Positions 39,378-48,540 of a stretch of DNA of 64,000 nucleotides are shown piece after piece. Position numbers and translations under genes: made by a program. Positions within the stretch are counted from its first letter, which is position 1, and each line of letters starts with the position of its first letter. The stretch is from Candidatus Hydrogenedens sp. GTDB lineage: Bacteria; Hydrogenedentota; Hydrogenedentia; Hydrogenedentales; Hydrogenedentaceae. The notes beneath the pieces are model-generated. The model saw only the letters and a list, made by a program, of their open reading frames with translations, did not search any database and was not told the DNA's origin. The DNA lies in the NCBI GenBank assembly GCA_049968235.1, contig JBMFRC010000010.1, positions 32,001 to 96,000 of the forward strand, in the 5' to 3' direction.

Positions 39378-39899
39378 TTAATTGAAATACTCGGTTTTAA
39401 ATTTTAGTATAACATTACCTATATCTCGTGCAGATATAATCTCAAAATAAATATAGTTTGTTTCAAATTTAATTATACCAAAACTTGCTTCATTTCCTCT
39501 GTCAATTGTTTTTTTTAAGTGTCCAGGATTAAAACAAATTTTATTATTTTCTTTTTTTATTATAGGAGTATGTGTATGTCCAAAACACTGAATATTACAT
39601 TCTTTCCCACGACTTTTTAGTATAAGATCTATTGTATGAGCAAAGGCAATCTTTACATTATGGATTTCTTCAATAACGACTTTTGGTATTTTACCATCCT
39701 CAAACTGGTCACACCATAGACCGGGAACGACTTTAATGGGATAACCTGTAGAAATTAAATATTCGCCATCCTCATAGTTATCACCGAGATGATAAATTGT
39801 ATGAACGTTTCCTTCGTGTAATAAATAAGCACAAACTCTTTCCATTAAAAGAATATTCCCATGTGTATCACTTATTACACCTATTGCTATATCTGACAC
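39378..39899 (-). CDS. YfcE/Vps29-like metallophosphoesterase
   Basis: N-terminal IGVISDTHGN plus GDNYEDG and GHTHTP motifs; 173 aa. Confidence 0.7.
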   Translation of the reverse strand: MSDIAIGVISDTHGNILLMERVCAYLLHEGNVHTIYHLGDNYEDGEYLISTGYPIKVVPGLWCDQFEDGKIPKVVIEEIHNVKIAFAHTIDLILKSRGKECNIQCFGHTHTPIIKKENNKICFNPGHLKKTIDRGNEASFGIIKFETNYIYFEIISARDIGNVILKFKTEYFN

Positions 39900-39924
39900 A
39901 GTTGAATTTCCTGAACTTTTTTGT

Positions 39925-39945
39925 TATTGTTATAACATAACAATA
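39925..39945. promoter_or_regulatory. Perfect 9-3-9 palindrome TATTGTTAT-aac-ATAACAATA, candidate operator
   Basis: Read directly from the sequence in the 89-bp divergent intergenic region between the YfcE-like gene and the ferritin-like gene. It is preceded by a TTGTTAT direct repeat. Confidence 0.5.
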
Positions 39946-39988
39946 TTTGTTCATCAAATTAAAAAATTTTTAATAGAAAGGAGTAATT

Positions 39989-40486
39989 ATGGGAACAAAA
40001 GGTAGAGAAATCGTAAAAATGGATGTTGAACATCTATTACTTCTTTTAAATAAAGCCTATTCTGATGAATGGTTTGCTTATTATCAATATTGGTTAGGCG
40101 CAAAGGTCGCAAAAGGACCTATGAAAGAGGCAGTCATGGCAGAACTTTTGCAACATGCAGGAGATGAACTCAGACATGCAGATATGGTAGCCCTGAGAAT
40201 AATCCAATTAGGTGGTTCTCCCGTAGAAAGTCCGAAACAGTGGTATGAAATGTCTAATTGTAGTTATGACCCACCATCTGACCCGTATGTTCGCGTTCTT
40301 CTGGAACAGAATATTAAAGGCGAACAGTGTGCTATACAAACTTATAATGCACTCCTTGCGGAAACTAAGGAGGGAGACCCCGTAACTTATAATATGGTTT
40401 TACAAATACTTCAAGATGAAGTTATGCACGAAGAAGACCTTCAAGCTCTGTTGGAAGATTTGGACTTGATGACATCAAGAGGTTAA
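39989..40486 (+). CDS. Ferritin-like / Dps-family protein
   Basis: Four-helix-bundle ferritin-like pattern (YYQYWLGAKV...ELLQHAGDELRHADMVALRI) with conserved Glu/His ligand positions; 165 aa. RBS AAAGGAG upstream. Confidence 0.55.
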   Translation: MGTKGREIVKMDVEHLLLLLNKAYSDEWFAYYQYWLGAKVAKGPMKEAVMAELLQHAGDELRHADMVALRIIQLGGSPVESPKQWYEMSNCSYDPPSDPYVRVLLEQNIKGEQCAIQTYNALLAETKEGDPVTYNMVLQILQDEVMHEEDLQALLEDLDLMTSRG

Positions 40487-41967
40487 TAAAATATTTCTTT
40501 ATTTAATAGCCCTCTCTGTTGAAAATCGATGAGATGGGCTTTTAATTGTTGTCGTGCTAGAATAAGGCGTTCTTGCGGGATGTCATCGTAGGATTTTATT
40601 AATAACTCTTCAAAAGAAGTAATACCACTATTTATATTTTGAAGTATCTTTTCTTCTCGTTGTTTGCGATGTTGGGTTAGTATGTCAATAATCAGATTTC
40701 CTGACATATTGAACCATGGGACACCATGACCGGGAATTAACAAATCAATTTTTAATTGATTTAACTTATTTAATGAGTCCATATACTCGGACATTGACCC
40801 TTCCTCATCCGGGTCAATAACAACAGGTCCTTCTGAACTTATCATATCTCCAGCAATTAATGTTTGAGTTGTTGTTTCATAATAACAAAGATGTCCTTTT
40901 ACATGGCCCGGAGTAGAAATAATATTTATTATCCACGGGAAATCCCTATCATTTAAGACAAACTGTTGCCCATCTCCTATTGTTTTATCGATAGGAATAT
41001 TTCCTCTTTGGGCAGATTCAAAGGATGCGTATTTAGGTATATCAAAATGTTTTGATATTATATCTATCCCTTTAGCGTGGTCTGAGTGTTCATGAGTTAT
41101 ACAAACCCCTACATACTTTGAGCCTGTCCTAATAAAATGTTCTAACCAATAAATCATTTCTTCAATACTTTCTTCTTTCCCTTCTCCAGGGTCAATAATA
41201 ATCATCTCTTTTTTCCCAATAACAATGGAATTCACATTTTTAAAAAATGTTTGTGGTGGTGCTGGTAATGGAAATATATGTACACCTGCTCTTGGATGAA
41301 AATATGAATAACCATTATCCTTCCATGGAATTTTTTTTAGGTATTGATAGGCATTGGGAAAAGAAAATGCTTCTATCTGCTCTAAAATAAATGCAACAGG
41401 TGTAGAAATAGATATTTCCTGCTTGTGCCAACGGTATAGAATGTTTTGAGGTGTATCCCATTCTATTAAATCAACTTCTTCATTCTTTTTACCTTCAATT
41501 ACATAATATTCAGGTTTCCATTCGATAAAGAAAAAATAAGTTTCAAATCTTTGGGGTAAACCGGGTGGTGTAATCCACGGTCCAGAAAAAAAGTATTCGT
41601 CCAAATTTAATTTAAGATTAAATTTTTTTTGTACCTCTACAAAATTTATTTCTCTGTGATGGAACCGCTCCCATATTTCGTTTAACTCTTCATTAGAAAT
41701 ATTTTTCTTTATCTGTATAGGAAGATATCCTGTTTCCTCAAATGTTTCACGAATGGCTCCTACCAGAGCAGATTTAATTTTTTCACTATTAGAACCAAAT
41801 ACTTCACATTTCTTATCTTCTTCTTCGATACTACCACCGGGAAATGCGTGATGTCCCGGTAAAAAAGATAATGTCTCTCCCCTTTTTATAACTAAAACTT
41901 CTATGTCTCGTTTATTTTTTCTCCAAACAACACAAACTCCTGCAAGTTTTATAGAATTAAAACTCAT
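40483..41967 (-). CDS. Fusion protein: N-terminal NUDIX hydrolase plus C-terminal MBL-fold metallo-hydrolase
   Basis: Nudix box GAIRETFEETGY in the N-terminal third; MBL motif ITHEHSDHAKGI and downstream His/Asp ligands (GHVKGH, PGHG) in the C-terminal part. Confidence 0.65.
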   Translation of the reverse strand: MSFNSIKLAGVCVVWRKNKRDIEVLVIKRGETLSFLPGHHAFPGGSIEEEDKKCEVFGSNSEKIKSALVGAIRETFEETGYLPIQIKKNISNEELNEIWERFHHREINFVEVQKKFNLKLNLDEYFFSGPWITPPGLPQRFETYFFFIEWKPEYYVIEGKKNEEVDLIEWDTPQNILYRWHKQEISISTPVAFILEQIEAFSFPNAYQYLKKIPWKDNGYSYFHPRAGVHIFPLPAPPQTFFKNVNSIVIGKKEMIIIDPGEGKEESIEEMIYWLEHFIRTGSKYVGVCITHEHSDHAKGIDIISKHFDIPKYASFESAQRGNIPIDKTIGDGQQFVLNDRDFPWIINIISTPGHVKGHLCYYETTTQTLIAGDMISSEGPVVIDPDEEGSMSEYMDSLNKLNQLKIDLLIPGHGVPWFNMSGNLIIDILTQHRKQREEKILQNINSGITSFEELLIKSYDDIPQERLILARQQLKAHLIDFQQRGLLNKEIFY

Positions 41968-42055
41968 TTTTTTAACTCCGCAATTTTTAATAAAATATAA
42001 GTTCTTATTAACTTATATTAATTCAACATTTTACAACATTTCCGAGGATTTAATA

Positions 42056-43234
42056 ATGTATATTTCAAAAAGGTTTGAAAATTATGAACTATCCGGTGGA
42101 TTAAATCCAATTGCAGAGGCACATCGATACTATATTTCACAAGGGAAAGAACTCTTTGACTTAACCCTTTCAAATCCAACAAAAGCAAACTTTTTGTATC
42201 CCGAAACTGAAATATTACAAGCATTATCTAAAAGCCAATCTTTATTGTATGAACCTACTCCTAAAGGCTCTTACGAAGCAAGAGAAACCATATCTCTGTA
42301 TTATTCTTCACTTGGTTTTTCTGTCTCTGTGGATGATATATTTCTAACATCAGGAACATCTGAAGGTTATTCCTATATTATTAAATTAATTTGTAATCCT
42401 GATGATGAAATATTAGTACCCGCTCCTTCCTATCCATTACTCGATTTTATTGCTTCTTTAGAATTGGTTAAAGTTGTTCCGTACCATTTTGAAGAACAAA
42501 ATAATTCCTGGTTTCTCTCCACAAAGAATATCATCAATTCTGTAAATAATAAAACAAAACTTTTATTTCTTGTACAGCCGAATAATCCGATAGGGAATAT
42601 ACTTTCTCATGTAGAAATTCATGACTTACTTTCTTTCGCTGAAGAATATAATCTTGTAATAGTAGTTGATGAAGTTTTTCGGGACTACCTTTTTTCCAAT
42701 GAATCGCCTCATTTATTTTCTTCATCCCAGATACCTATTTTTACTCTTAATGGCATTTCAAAAACTCTTGCATTACCTCAACTCAAATTAAGTTGGTTTG
42801 TCTGTTCCTGTCCTGAAAACAGGAAAAAGGAATTATACGAAGGTTTAGAAATAATTGCTGATACATATCTTTCTGTCAATACACCGGTTCAAGTAGCATT
42901 AGCAGATTTATTCCAAATAAAAGATTCTATACAGATACAAATACAAAATAGAATATCCAATAATCTGAAGTACGCCATAACCCAATTTTCTAAATGTCCT
43001 TATATCACTTCTTATCCACCTCAGGGAGGTTGGTATCTTGTTATAAAAATTTCTAATACCATAGAATCAGAAGAGAAATTAATTATTGATTTGCTAAATC
43101 AGACCGGTGTATATGTCCATCCGGGGGGTATGTTTCGTTTTCCTGATAATAATTTTTATATGATTTTAAGTTTACTGCCAGAAGAAAACATATTCCAGGA
43201 GGGTATTCAAAGAATTATTAAGTATTTTAGTTAA
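42056..43234 (+). CDS. PLP-dependent aminotransferase, class I/II
   Basis: Aminotransferase fold with NGISKTLALPQLKLSW (PLP-Lys region). Start reassigned to ATG 42056 (RBS GAGGA upstream); the longer ORF-track start would overlap the convergent upstream gene. Confidence 0.65.
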   Translation: MYISKRFENYELSGGLNPIAEAHRYYISQGKELFDLTLSNPTKANFLYPETEILQALSKSQSLLYEPTPKGSYEARETISLYYSSLGFSVSVDDIFLTSGTSEGYSYIIKLICNPDDEILVPAPSYPLLDFIASLELVKVVPYHFEEQNNSWFLSTKNIINSVNNKTKLLFLVQPNNPIGNILSHVEIHDLLSFAEEYNLVIVVDEVFRDYLFSNESPHLFSSSQIPIFTLNGISKTLALPQLKLSWFVCSCPENRKKELYEGLEIIADTYLSVNTPVQVALADLFQIKDSIQIQIQNRISNNLKYAITQFSKCPYITSYPPQGGWYLVIKISNTIESEEKLIIDLLNQTGVYVHPGGMFRFPDNNFYMILSLLPEENIFQEGIQRIIKYFS

Positions 43235-43241
43235 TCTCTAT

Positions 43242-45089
43242 TTATTTAGGTACAGGGAAAAATGTTGACATAGCAAATTCTTCTTCAAATTCCGGGATAG
43301 TAGATAAGTCAATATGTTTAATATGCCTTGATATTTCTTTGATATTATCCCTCAATTCTTTGTTTATTAAAGCGTATTTTGCCCCTGCCAAACTACTATT
43401 GCCAATAAAATCTATTTTTGAATCAACAATTTCTTTTGGAATAATTCCAATCGTTTTCAAATTTTCTTTGTTCAGATGAAAACCAAATGTCCCTGCAATA
43501 TATATTTTGTCTATTGCTGAAAGTCCTATTCCGGCTTTTTTTGTTAACAGTTTTATTCCACATTTTATAGCGGAACATGATAATTGTAATTGTCTTACAT
43601 CACGGGCTGAAAGGAATACTTTTTTGTCTTTATTATGAAATACTTTAAAAATGACATTCGAATTATACGTTTCTACTCTTTTACGAATTTTTTCGGGGAT
43701 ATTCATGTTATTTGTTAATTCTGATAACATTCTTCCTGTGGTATCAATAACCTTCATCTTTAACAGGATTGCTAACAAATCTATCAAAGCACTTCCACAC
43801 ATTCCTATGGGTTCTATATTCCCAATTACCTTTATATCTATATCATCATCCTTAAATATTATTCTTTCTATTGCACCGATAGATGCTCTCATACCACACT
43901 CTATCCGTACACCTTCAAAGGCAGGACCTACTGCAGTGGATGTTGCCCATAGATTTCTTTTGTTAGATACAACAATTTCACCATTTGTGCCTAAATCAAC
44001 AAAAATAAATGAATTCTCTTCTTTTAAGGCATTTATAGCCAGTAAACCAGCGGAAATATCTCCTCCGACAAAACCTCCAATTGCAGGGTAAATATACATT
44101 TTTGCTTCCGGATGTGTATGTATGCCTATTTCTTTTGTTGGTAGCGTAAGACTACTTATAAAAGTTGGCATAAAGGGATATTCGCCAAGTGATGAAGGGT
44201 CTAAATCTAACAACAAATGTATCATTGTTGTATTTCCTGCAATTACAACATCGTAAATATCATTTTGATTTATTCCTGCTTTCTCTATCAATTGCGCAAT
44301 AAGGTTATTAATCCCCGATACAACACTTTTTTGCATTAATTTTTTATTATCTTCGGATTGTATGGCATACGATATCCTACTTATAACATCATCACCATAT
44401 AATATTTGTGGATTCAGTTCTGATATATCTCCATGAATTTTTCCAGATACTAAATTTATAAGTTCTACTGCAATGGAAGTTGTTCCTAAATCTACCGCAA
44501 TACCATATAAACCATTATATTCTTCTTCTCTTTTTATATCTAATATCTGATTTTCAGTGTATATTAAAATATAAGATTTTTTTATATCTTTTTTAATATG
44601 TGCTATTTTTTTTAATATCTGGACAGAAACATATTTCTCACCGATGAGATTAAAAATATAATCCAGATATGACTTTGACTTTTTTATTTCTTCTTCGATA
44701 TGTAATTTTATTACATGAATAAGGGGGTTGACCTTTGTTTCAATTTTTATCTGGTAGGGTTTCCTGTATCTATATATTTCTTTTTGTTTATCTATATGTA
44801 TTTGCGGTAAATAAACAATAATGTCTGTTTCTAAAATGAATTGACATGAATTAACACGCAAACGCGATTTTCCTCCCTCTAACTCTTGACTTCGTTTTTC
44901 TATATATTCTATTTCCACTAAACATTTTCCGCATATTCCTCTTCTACCACATGAGGAGGGAACAATATATCCATGTTCATATAAGGCATCTATTAAAATA
45001 CTTCCTTTTTTTACTCTTATTTCTTTATTTGTTGGCATAATTTTTATTAATATATCACCCAAAATAGATTCCTTTCTTGTTATTCTCAA
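43242..45089 (-). CDS. RACo-like protein: N-terminal plant-type 2Fe-2S ferredoxin domain plus ASKHA (DUF4445) ATPase domain
   Basis: SSCGRRGICGKCLV...NSC cysteine pattern (2Fe-2S), followed by an actin-like ATPase region IAVDLGTTSIAVEL and DUF4445-like body; 615 aa. Confidence 0.55.
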   Translation of the reverse strand: MRITRKESILGDILIKIMPTNKEIRVKKGSILIDALYEHGYIVPSSCGRRGICGKCLVEIEYIEKRSQELEGGKSRLRVNSCQFILETDIIVYLPQIHIDKQKEIYRYRKPYQIKIETKVNPLIHVIKLHIEEEIKKSKSYLDYIFNLIGEKYVSVQILKKIAHIKKDIKKSYILIYTENQILDIKREEEYNGLYGIAVDLGTTSIAVELINLVSGKIHGDISELNPQILYGDDVISRISYAIQSEDNKKLMQKSVVSGINNLIAQLIEKAGINQNDIYDVVIAGNTTMIHLLLDLDPSSLGEYPFMPTFISSLTLPTKEIGIHTHPEAKMYIYPAIGGFVGGDISAGLLAINALKEENSFIFVDLGTNGEIVVSNKRNLWATSTAVGPAFEGVRIECGMRASIGAIERIIFKDDDIDIKVIGNIEPIGMCGSALIDLLAILLKMKVIDTTGRMLSELTNNMNIPEKIRKRVETYNSNVIFKVFHNKDKKVFLSARDVRQLQLSCSAIKCGIKLLTKKAGIGLSAIDKIYIAGTFGFHLNKENLKTIGIIPKEIVDSKIDFIGNSSLAGAKYALINKELRDNIKEISRHIKHIDLSTIPEFEEEFAMSTFFPVPK

Positions 45090-45158
45090 CTTCTCACATT
45101 TTATATGATATTATAATGAAAAACCATTGGAATTCTTATAGTTTGGAATTATATTTAT

Positions 45159-46316
45159 ATGAAAGGTTTTTGGTATTTTTTGCCTGCACAATTCAGGTCT
45201 ATTATATCCGCGTGGATAAATGCTCCTGTTTTTCCGACCATTTTACAAATAGAACCTACAAATCGTTGTAACCTGAAGTGTATTATGTGTCCTCATGGTT
45301 GTAATAAAATTTCCGAATACAATGATTTATCTTTTCCTATATTAACAAAGATTATAGAGGATATATTTGAATATAAATACTTAAAGGGTGTTCATATTCA
45401 AGGATTAGGAGAACCGCTTTTATATCCTGATTTGCTCAACGCCATAAGGTTTTGTAAAGAAAAAAATTTAGAGACTTATTTTAATTCAAATTTGACAATA
45501 ATGTCAGAGGAAATAGCGGAAAAACTGGTTGAATTTCAACACGACAAAATTGCAGTTTCCATTGAATCGGTCAATCCAGAATTATATTTGTGGATACGCC
45601 CCGGTTCAAAAAATCATTCTCTTCATAGGGTATTGAATAATATAAATATTCTTGCTAAAACAAAGAAGAAAAAGAATTCTCGATATCCAGTTATTGCAGT
45701 CCATTCTATATTATTCAAAAGTATGATAGACCAAATACCGGATATGGTCCACACTTTAAAGGAAACAGGAGCAAATATGTTGTGTTTTCAACACTTAATT
45801 ACAATTGGTATTCCTGATGATAAAATACTTCCCGATGGCAAACCTATCAAAGATGAGTGTGTCCAGAATCTTTCCATTGCTGAAAAAAAAGAAATATTAC
45901 AATTAATTCGTTCATTAAATTCAGTAGATTTTGAAGTTATTCCTCCACATGATTTTGATTTTTTTGATGAAGTGTTACCACCTCATGAAGGAATACTTAC
46001 ATGTTTCGATTTGTGGGAAAAACCTACAATATTAGCAAATGGTGATTTTATGCCCTGTTGTTATACGCTCGGCTATCATCAGTTTTTAATGGGAAATATT
46101 TATGATACAGATTTTAAATCTATCTGGTTTAATGATAAATATAAGGACCTTCGATGGCAACATGTTAGTGGCAACTTAAATCCTGTTTGTGCTAATTGTA
46201 GTCAGTTGTATCAGGTAACACACCCTTCTTCAAAATTATTTTTCGAAGGTAAAGTAGAAAAATTTCATTTTTATCCTAATACATTTCTGGGAACTCAAAA
46301 ATATTCTTTTTACTGA
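45159..46316 (+). CDS. Radical SAM enzyme with C-terminal SPASM-like cysteine-rich domain
   Basis: CNLKCIMC (CxxxCxxC) radical SAM cluster motif; C-terminal cysteines (FMPCCYTLGY...CANCSQ) consistent with a SPASM/twitch auxiliary cluster domain. No N-terminal B12-binding domain. Confidence 0.7.
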   Translation: MKGFWYFLPAQFRSIISAWINAPVFPTILQIEPTNRCNLKCIMCPHGCNKISEYNDLSFPILTKIIEDIFEYKYLKGVHIQGLGEPLLYPDLLNAIRFCKEKNLETYFNSNLTIMSEEIAEKLVEFQHDKIAVSIESVNPELYLWIRPGSKNHSLHRVLNNINILAKTKKKKNSRYPVIAVHSILFKSMIDQIPDMVHTLKETGANMLCFQHLITIGIPDDKILPDGKPIKDECVQNLSIAEKKEILQLIRSLNSVDFEVIPPHDFDFFDEVLPPHEGILTCFDLWEKPTILANGDFMPCCYTLGYHQFLMGNIYDTDFKSIWFNDKYKDLRWQHVSGNLNPVCANCSQLYQVTHPSSKLFFEGKVEKFHFYPNTFLGTQKYSFY

Positions 46317-46325
46317 TGGTTTAAT

Positions 46326-47426
46326 ATGCATATATGTCATATATATAAAGATGTGTTTCCTCCTATAGTGGGAGGAATAGAAAAGTTTATCTTTCAGTCT
46401 ATTCAAGAACAAAAACAATGGGCAAAAATCACGGTCATCATTTGTAGTCGAAATATTCATTCCTTTATGGAGACAAAAGGTGGAGTAGATTTTATCTATG
46501 TAGGTGAATGGGGTCGTCTTCTGAGCACTCCCATTTCTCCCCTATTCCCTTTTTATATTAAAAGTATCAAACCCGATTTGTTTGTTGTTCACACACCCAA
46601 TCCTCTTGGTGAGTTATCTGTTTTAATAACACAAAGGAAAATACCATATGTAGTTCGTTATCACAGTGATGTTGTCCGGCAAAAAATTGCTATGAAATTT
46701 TATGCCCCTTTCTTTTATAATTTTTTAAAGAAAGCGAAACTTATCATACCAACGAGTGATATTTACGCAAATAATTCACCTTTTCTGCGTTCTTTTTTGG
46801 ATAAATGCAGAACGGTTCCTTTAGGTATTGATTTTCATCGTTTTTTACAATCTAATACGGAAAGAGTAAAAGCGATACAAATGAAGTATGGAACACCTTT
46901 TGTGTTTTTTTGTGGTGTTCATCGTTATTATAAAGGTATTCATATTTTGTTAAAATGTTCCCCATATATAAAAGTTCCTATTGTAATAGCAGGTGATGGT
47001 CCTGAAAGGAAACATCTCGAAGAAATGGCAAAGAGTACCGATAAGAAAAATATTTATTTTGTTGGTAAACTGACAGATGAAGATCTGGTCCAATATTTGC
47101 ATGCATGTTCCATTTTTGTTTTTCCTTCTATAGCGAGAAGTGAAGCATTTGGTTTGTCAATTATTGAGGCTCATTCTGCGGGAAAGCCTGTAGTAGCAAC
47201 AAAACTTGGAACAGGCGTTGAATGGGCTAATCTTGATGGAATAACAGGCATTAATGTGCCCCCAAATAATGAACATGCCTTAGCACAGGCTATCCAGTTC
47301 CTGTTAGATAATGAGGACATCAGAGAAGCCATGGGGAAAACTGCTAAGGAACGAGTTCAATCTGAATTTGACATAAAAGTAACTGCTCCTAAAGAGTTCG
47401 ATTTATATCGGAGTGTAATTGGTTGA
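46326..47426 (+). CDS. Glycosyltransferase family 4 (GT-B fold)
   Basis: C-terminal EAFGLSIIEAHSAGKPVVAT motif typical of GT4 / Glycos_transf_1. Confidence 0.7.
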   Translation: MHICHIYKDVFPPIVGGIEKFIFQSIQEQKQWAKITVIICSRNIHSFMETKGGVDFIYVGEWGRLLSTPISPLFPFYIKSIKPDLFVVHTPNPLGELSVLITQRKIPYVVRYHSDVVRQKIAMKFYAPFFYNFLKKAKLIIPTSDIYANNSPFLRSFLDKCRTVPLGIDFHRFLQSNTERVKAIQMKYGTPFVFFCGVHRYYKGIHILLKCSPYIKVPIVIAGDGPERKHLEEMAKSTDKKNIYFVGKLTDEDLVQYLHACSIFVFPSIARSEAFGLSIIEAHSAGKPVVATKLGTGVEWANLDGITGINVPPNNEHALAQAIQFLLDNEDIREAMGKTAKERVQSEFDIKVTAPKEFDLYRSVIG

Positions 47427-48520
47427 TGGATATATTTTCTTTTATTTATGCTTTTGCTATATTTGTATCGTTTATATTGTCTATTTTTTTAACAGAATTG
47501 TTTCGTCAGTTCGCAATTGCTCATAACATATTAGACCATCCTCATGGGAGGAAAACACATAAACAATCTACTCCTTTATTAGGAGGAGTGGGAATATTTT
47601 TAACATTTCATATTACGCTCTTAATAATTTTTTTGATATATCTTTTTTCATCCGATTTCAGAGAAGCCTTACCCGGAAGTTCTATTTTTAATTTTTTGGG
47701 TCTGGGTTCTTTCCAAAAAGTTATAGGTATTTTATTGGGAGGAATTATTATTTTCTTTCTAGGACTTGTTGATGATATGACAGTTCTCAGCCCATGGATA
47801 AAATTGACAGGACAAGTCATATCTGCATTTATTTTGGCATGTTCAGGTATAAGAATAGAAATGTTCTATTTTTCTAATTGGATTTTATCCTATTTCATAA
47901 CTATTATCTGGATTGTCTTATTAACAAACTCCTTAAATTTACTGGATAATATGGATGGTCTTTGTGCAGGTATATCTTTTATTTGTGCCATTTCTTTCTT
48001 TTTCTGTATTCAACCTTATGATGAATTTTTAATAAGACTCTTGTTAATGATTTTTGCGGGTAGCGTTGCGGGCTTTTTATTTCATAACCTTAATCCTGCC
48101 AAAATATTTATGGGTGATGCGGGCAGTATGTTTTGTGGATTTTTCCTTTCTACAATCAGTGTGTTAGGAACATTTCATCTTGAAGGAACACCCTCGAGAG
48201 TTGCTATTTTAGCACCTGTAGTTATTTTAAGTGTGCCTTTATTTGATACTTTCAGTGTAATATATCTTCGATGGAAAAATAACAAACCTATCATGCTGGG
48301 AGATAAAAGACATTTTTCACATCGCCTTGTAGAATTGGGAATGACTCAGCGACAGGCTGTAGAATTCATCTGGCTGGTAGGAACTATTTCCGGTATCAGT
48401 GCTCTTTTTCTTCCAATGTTAGGTTTTAATTTTAGCGTTTTAATTATACTTCAGGTATTAGGTATATATATTCTAATTGTATTGTTAATGAATGCTCCCA
48501 AAAGTACCAATAGTAAGTAG
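47423..48520 (+). CDS. Polyprenyl-phosphate sugar-1-phosphate transferase (WecA/MraY family)
   Basis: Multi-TM protein with DDMTVL and NLLDNMDGL motifs characteristic of MraY/WecA-family phosphosugar transferases. Start overlaps the GT4 stop. Confidence 0.75.
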   Translation: MMDIFSFIYAFAIFVSFILSIFLTELFRQFAIAHNILDHPHGRKTHKQSTPLLGGVGIFLTFHITLLIIFLIYLFSSDFREALPGSSIFNFLGLGSFQKVIGILLGGIIIFFLGLVDDMTVLSPWIKLTGQVISAFILACSGIRIEMFYFSNWILSYFITIIWIVLLTNSLNLLDNMDGLCAGISFICAISFFFCIQPYDEFLIRLLLMIFAGSVAGFLFHNLNPAKIFMGDAGSMFCGFFLSTISVLGTFHLEGTPSRVAILAPVVILSVPLFDTFSVIYLRWKNNKPIMLGDKRHFSHRLVELGMTQRQAVEFIWLVGTISGISALFLPMLGFNFSVLIILQVLGIYILIVLLMNAPKSTNSK

Positions 48521-48540
48521 TTATAGAAATTAGGTTTGAT

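Noticed and set aside
45077-45271. 64-aa ORF overlapping the radical SAM gene start, as a possible RiPP precursor peptide for the SPASM enzyme
   Set aside because: It overlaps both the RACo-like gene start and the radical SAM start in a different frame. It has no leader/core organisation, Gly-Gly motif or Cys/Ser-rich core, and is most likely a spurious ORF in a divergent promoter region.
43242-46316. RACo-like protein as reductive activator of a B12-dependent radical SAM methyltransferase
   Set aside because: The radical SAM protein starts directly with the CxxxCxxC domain and has no N-terminal B12-binding (Rossmann-like DxHxxG) domain, and the two genes are divergently transcribed. A looser functional link is kept as a low-confidence finding.
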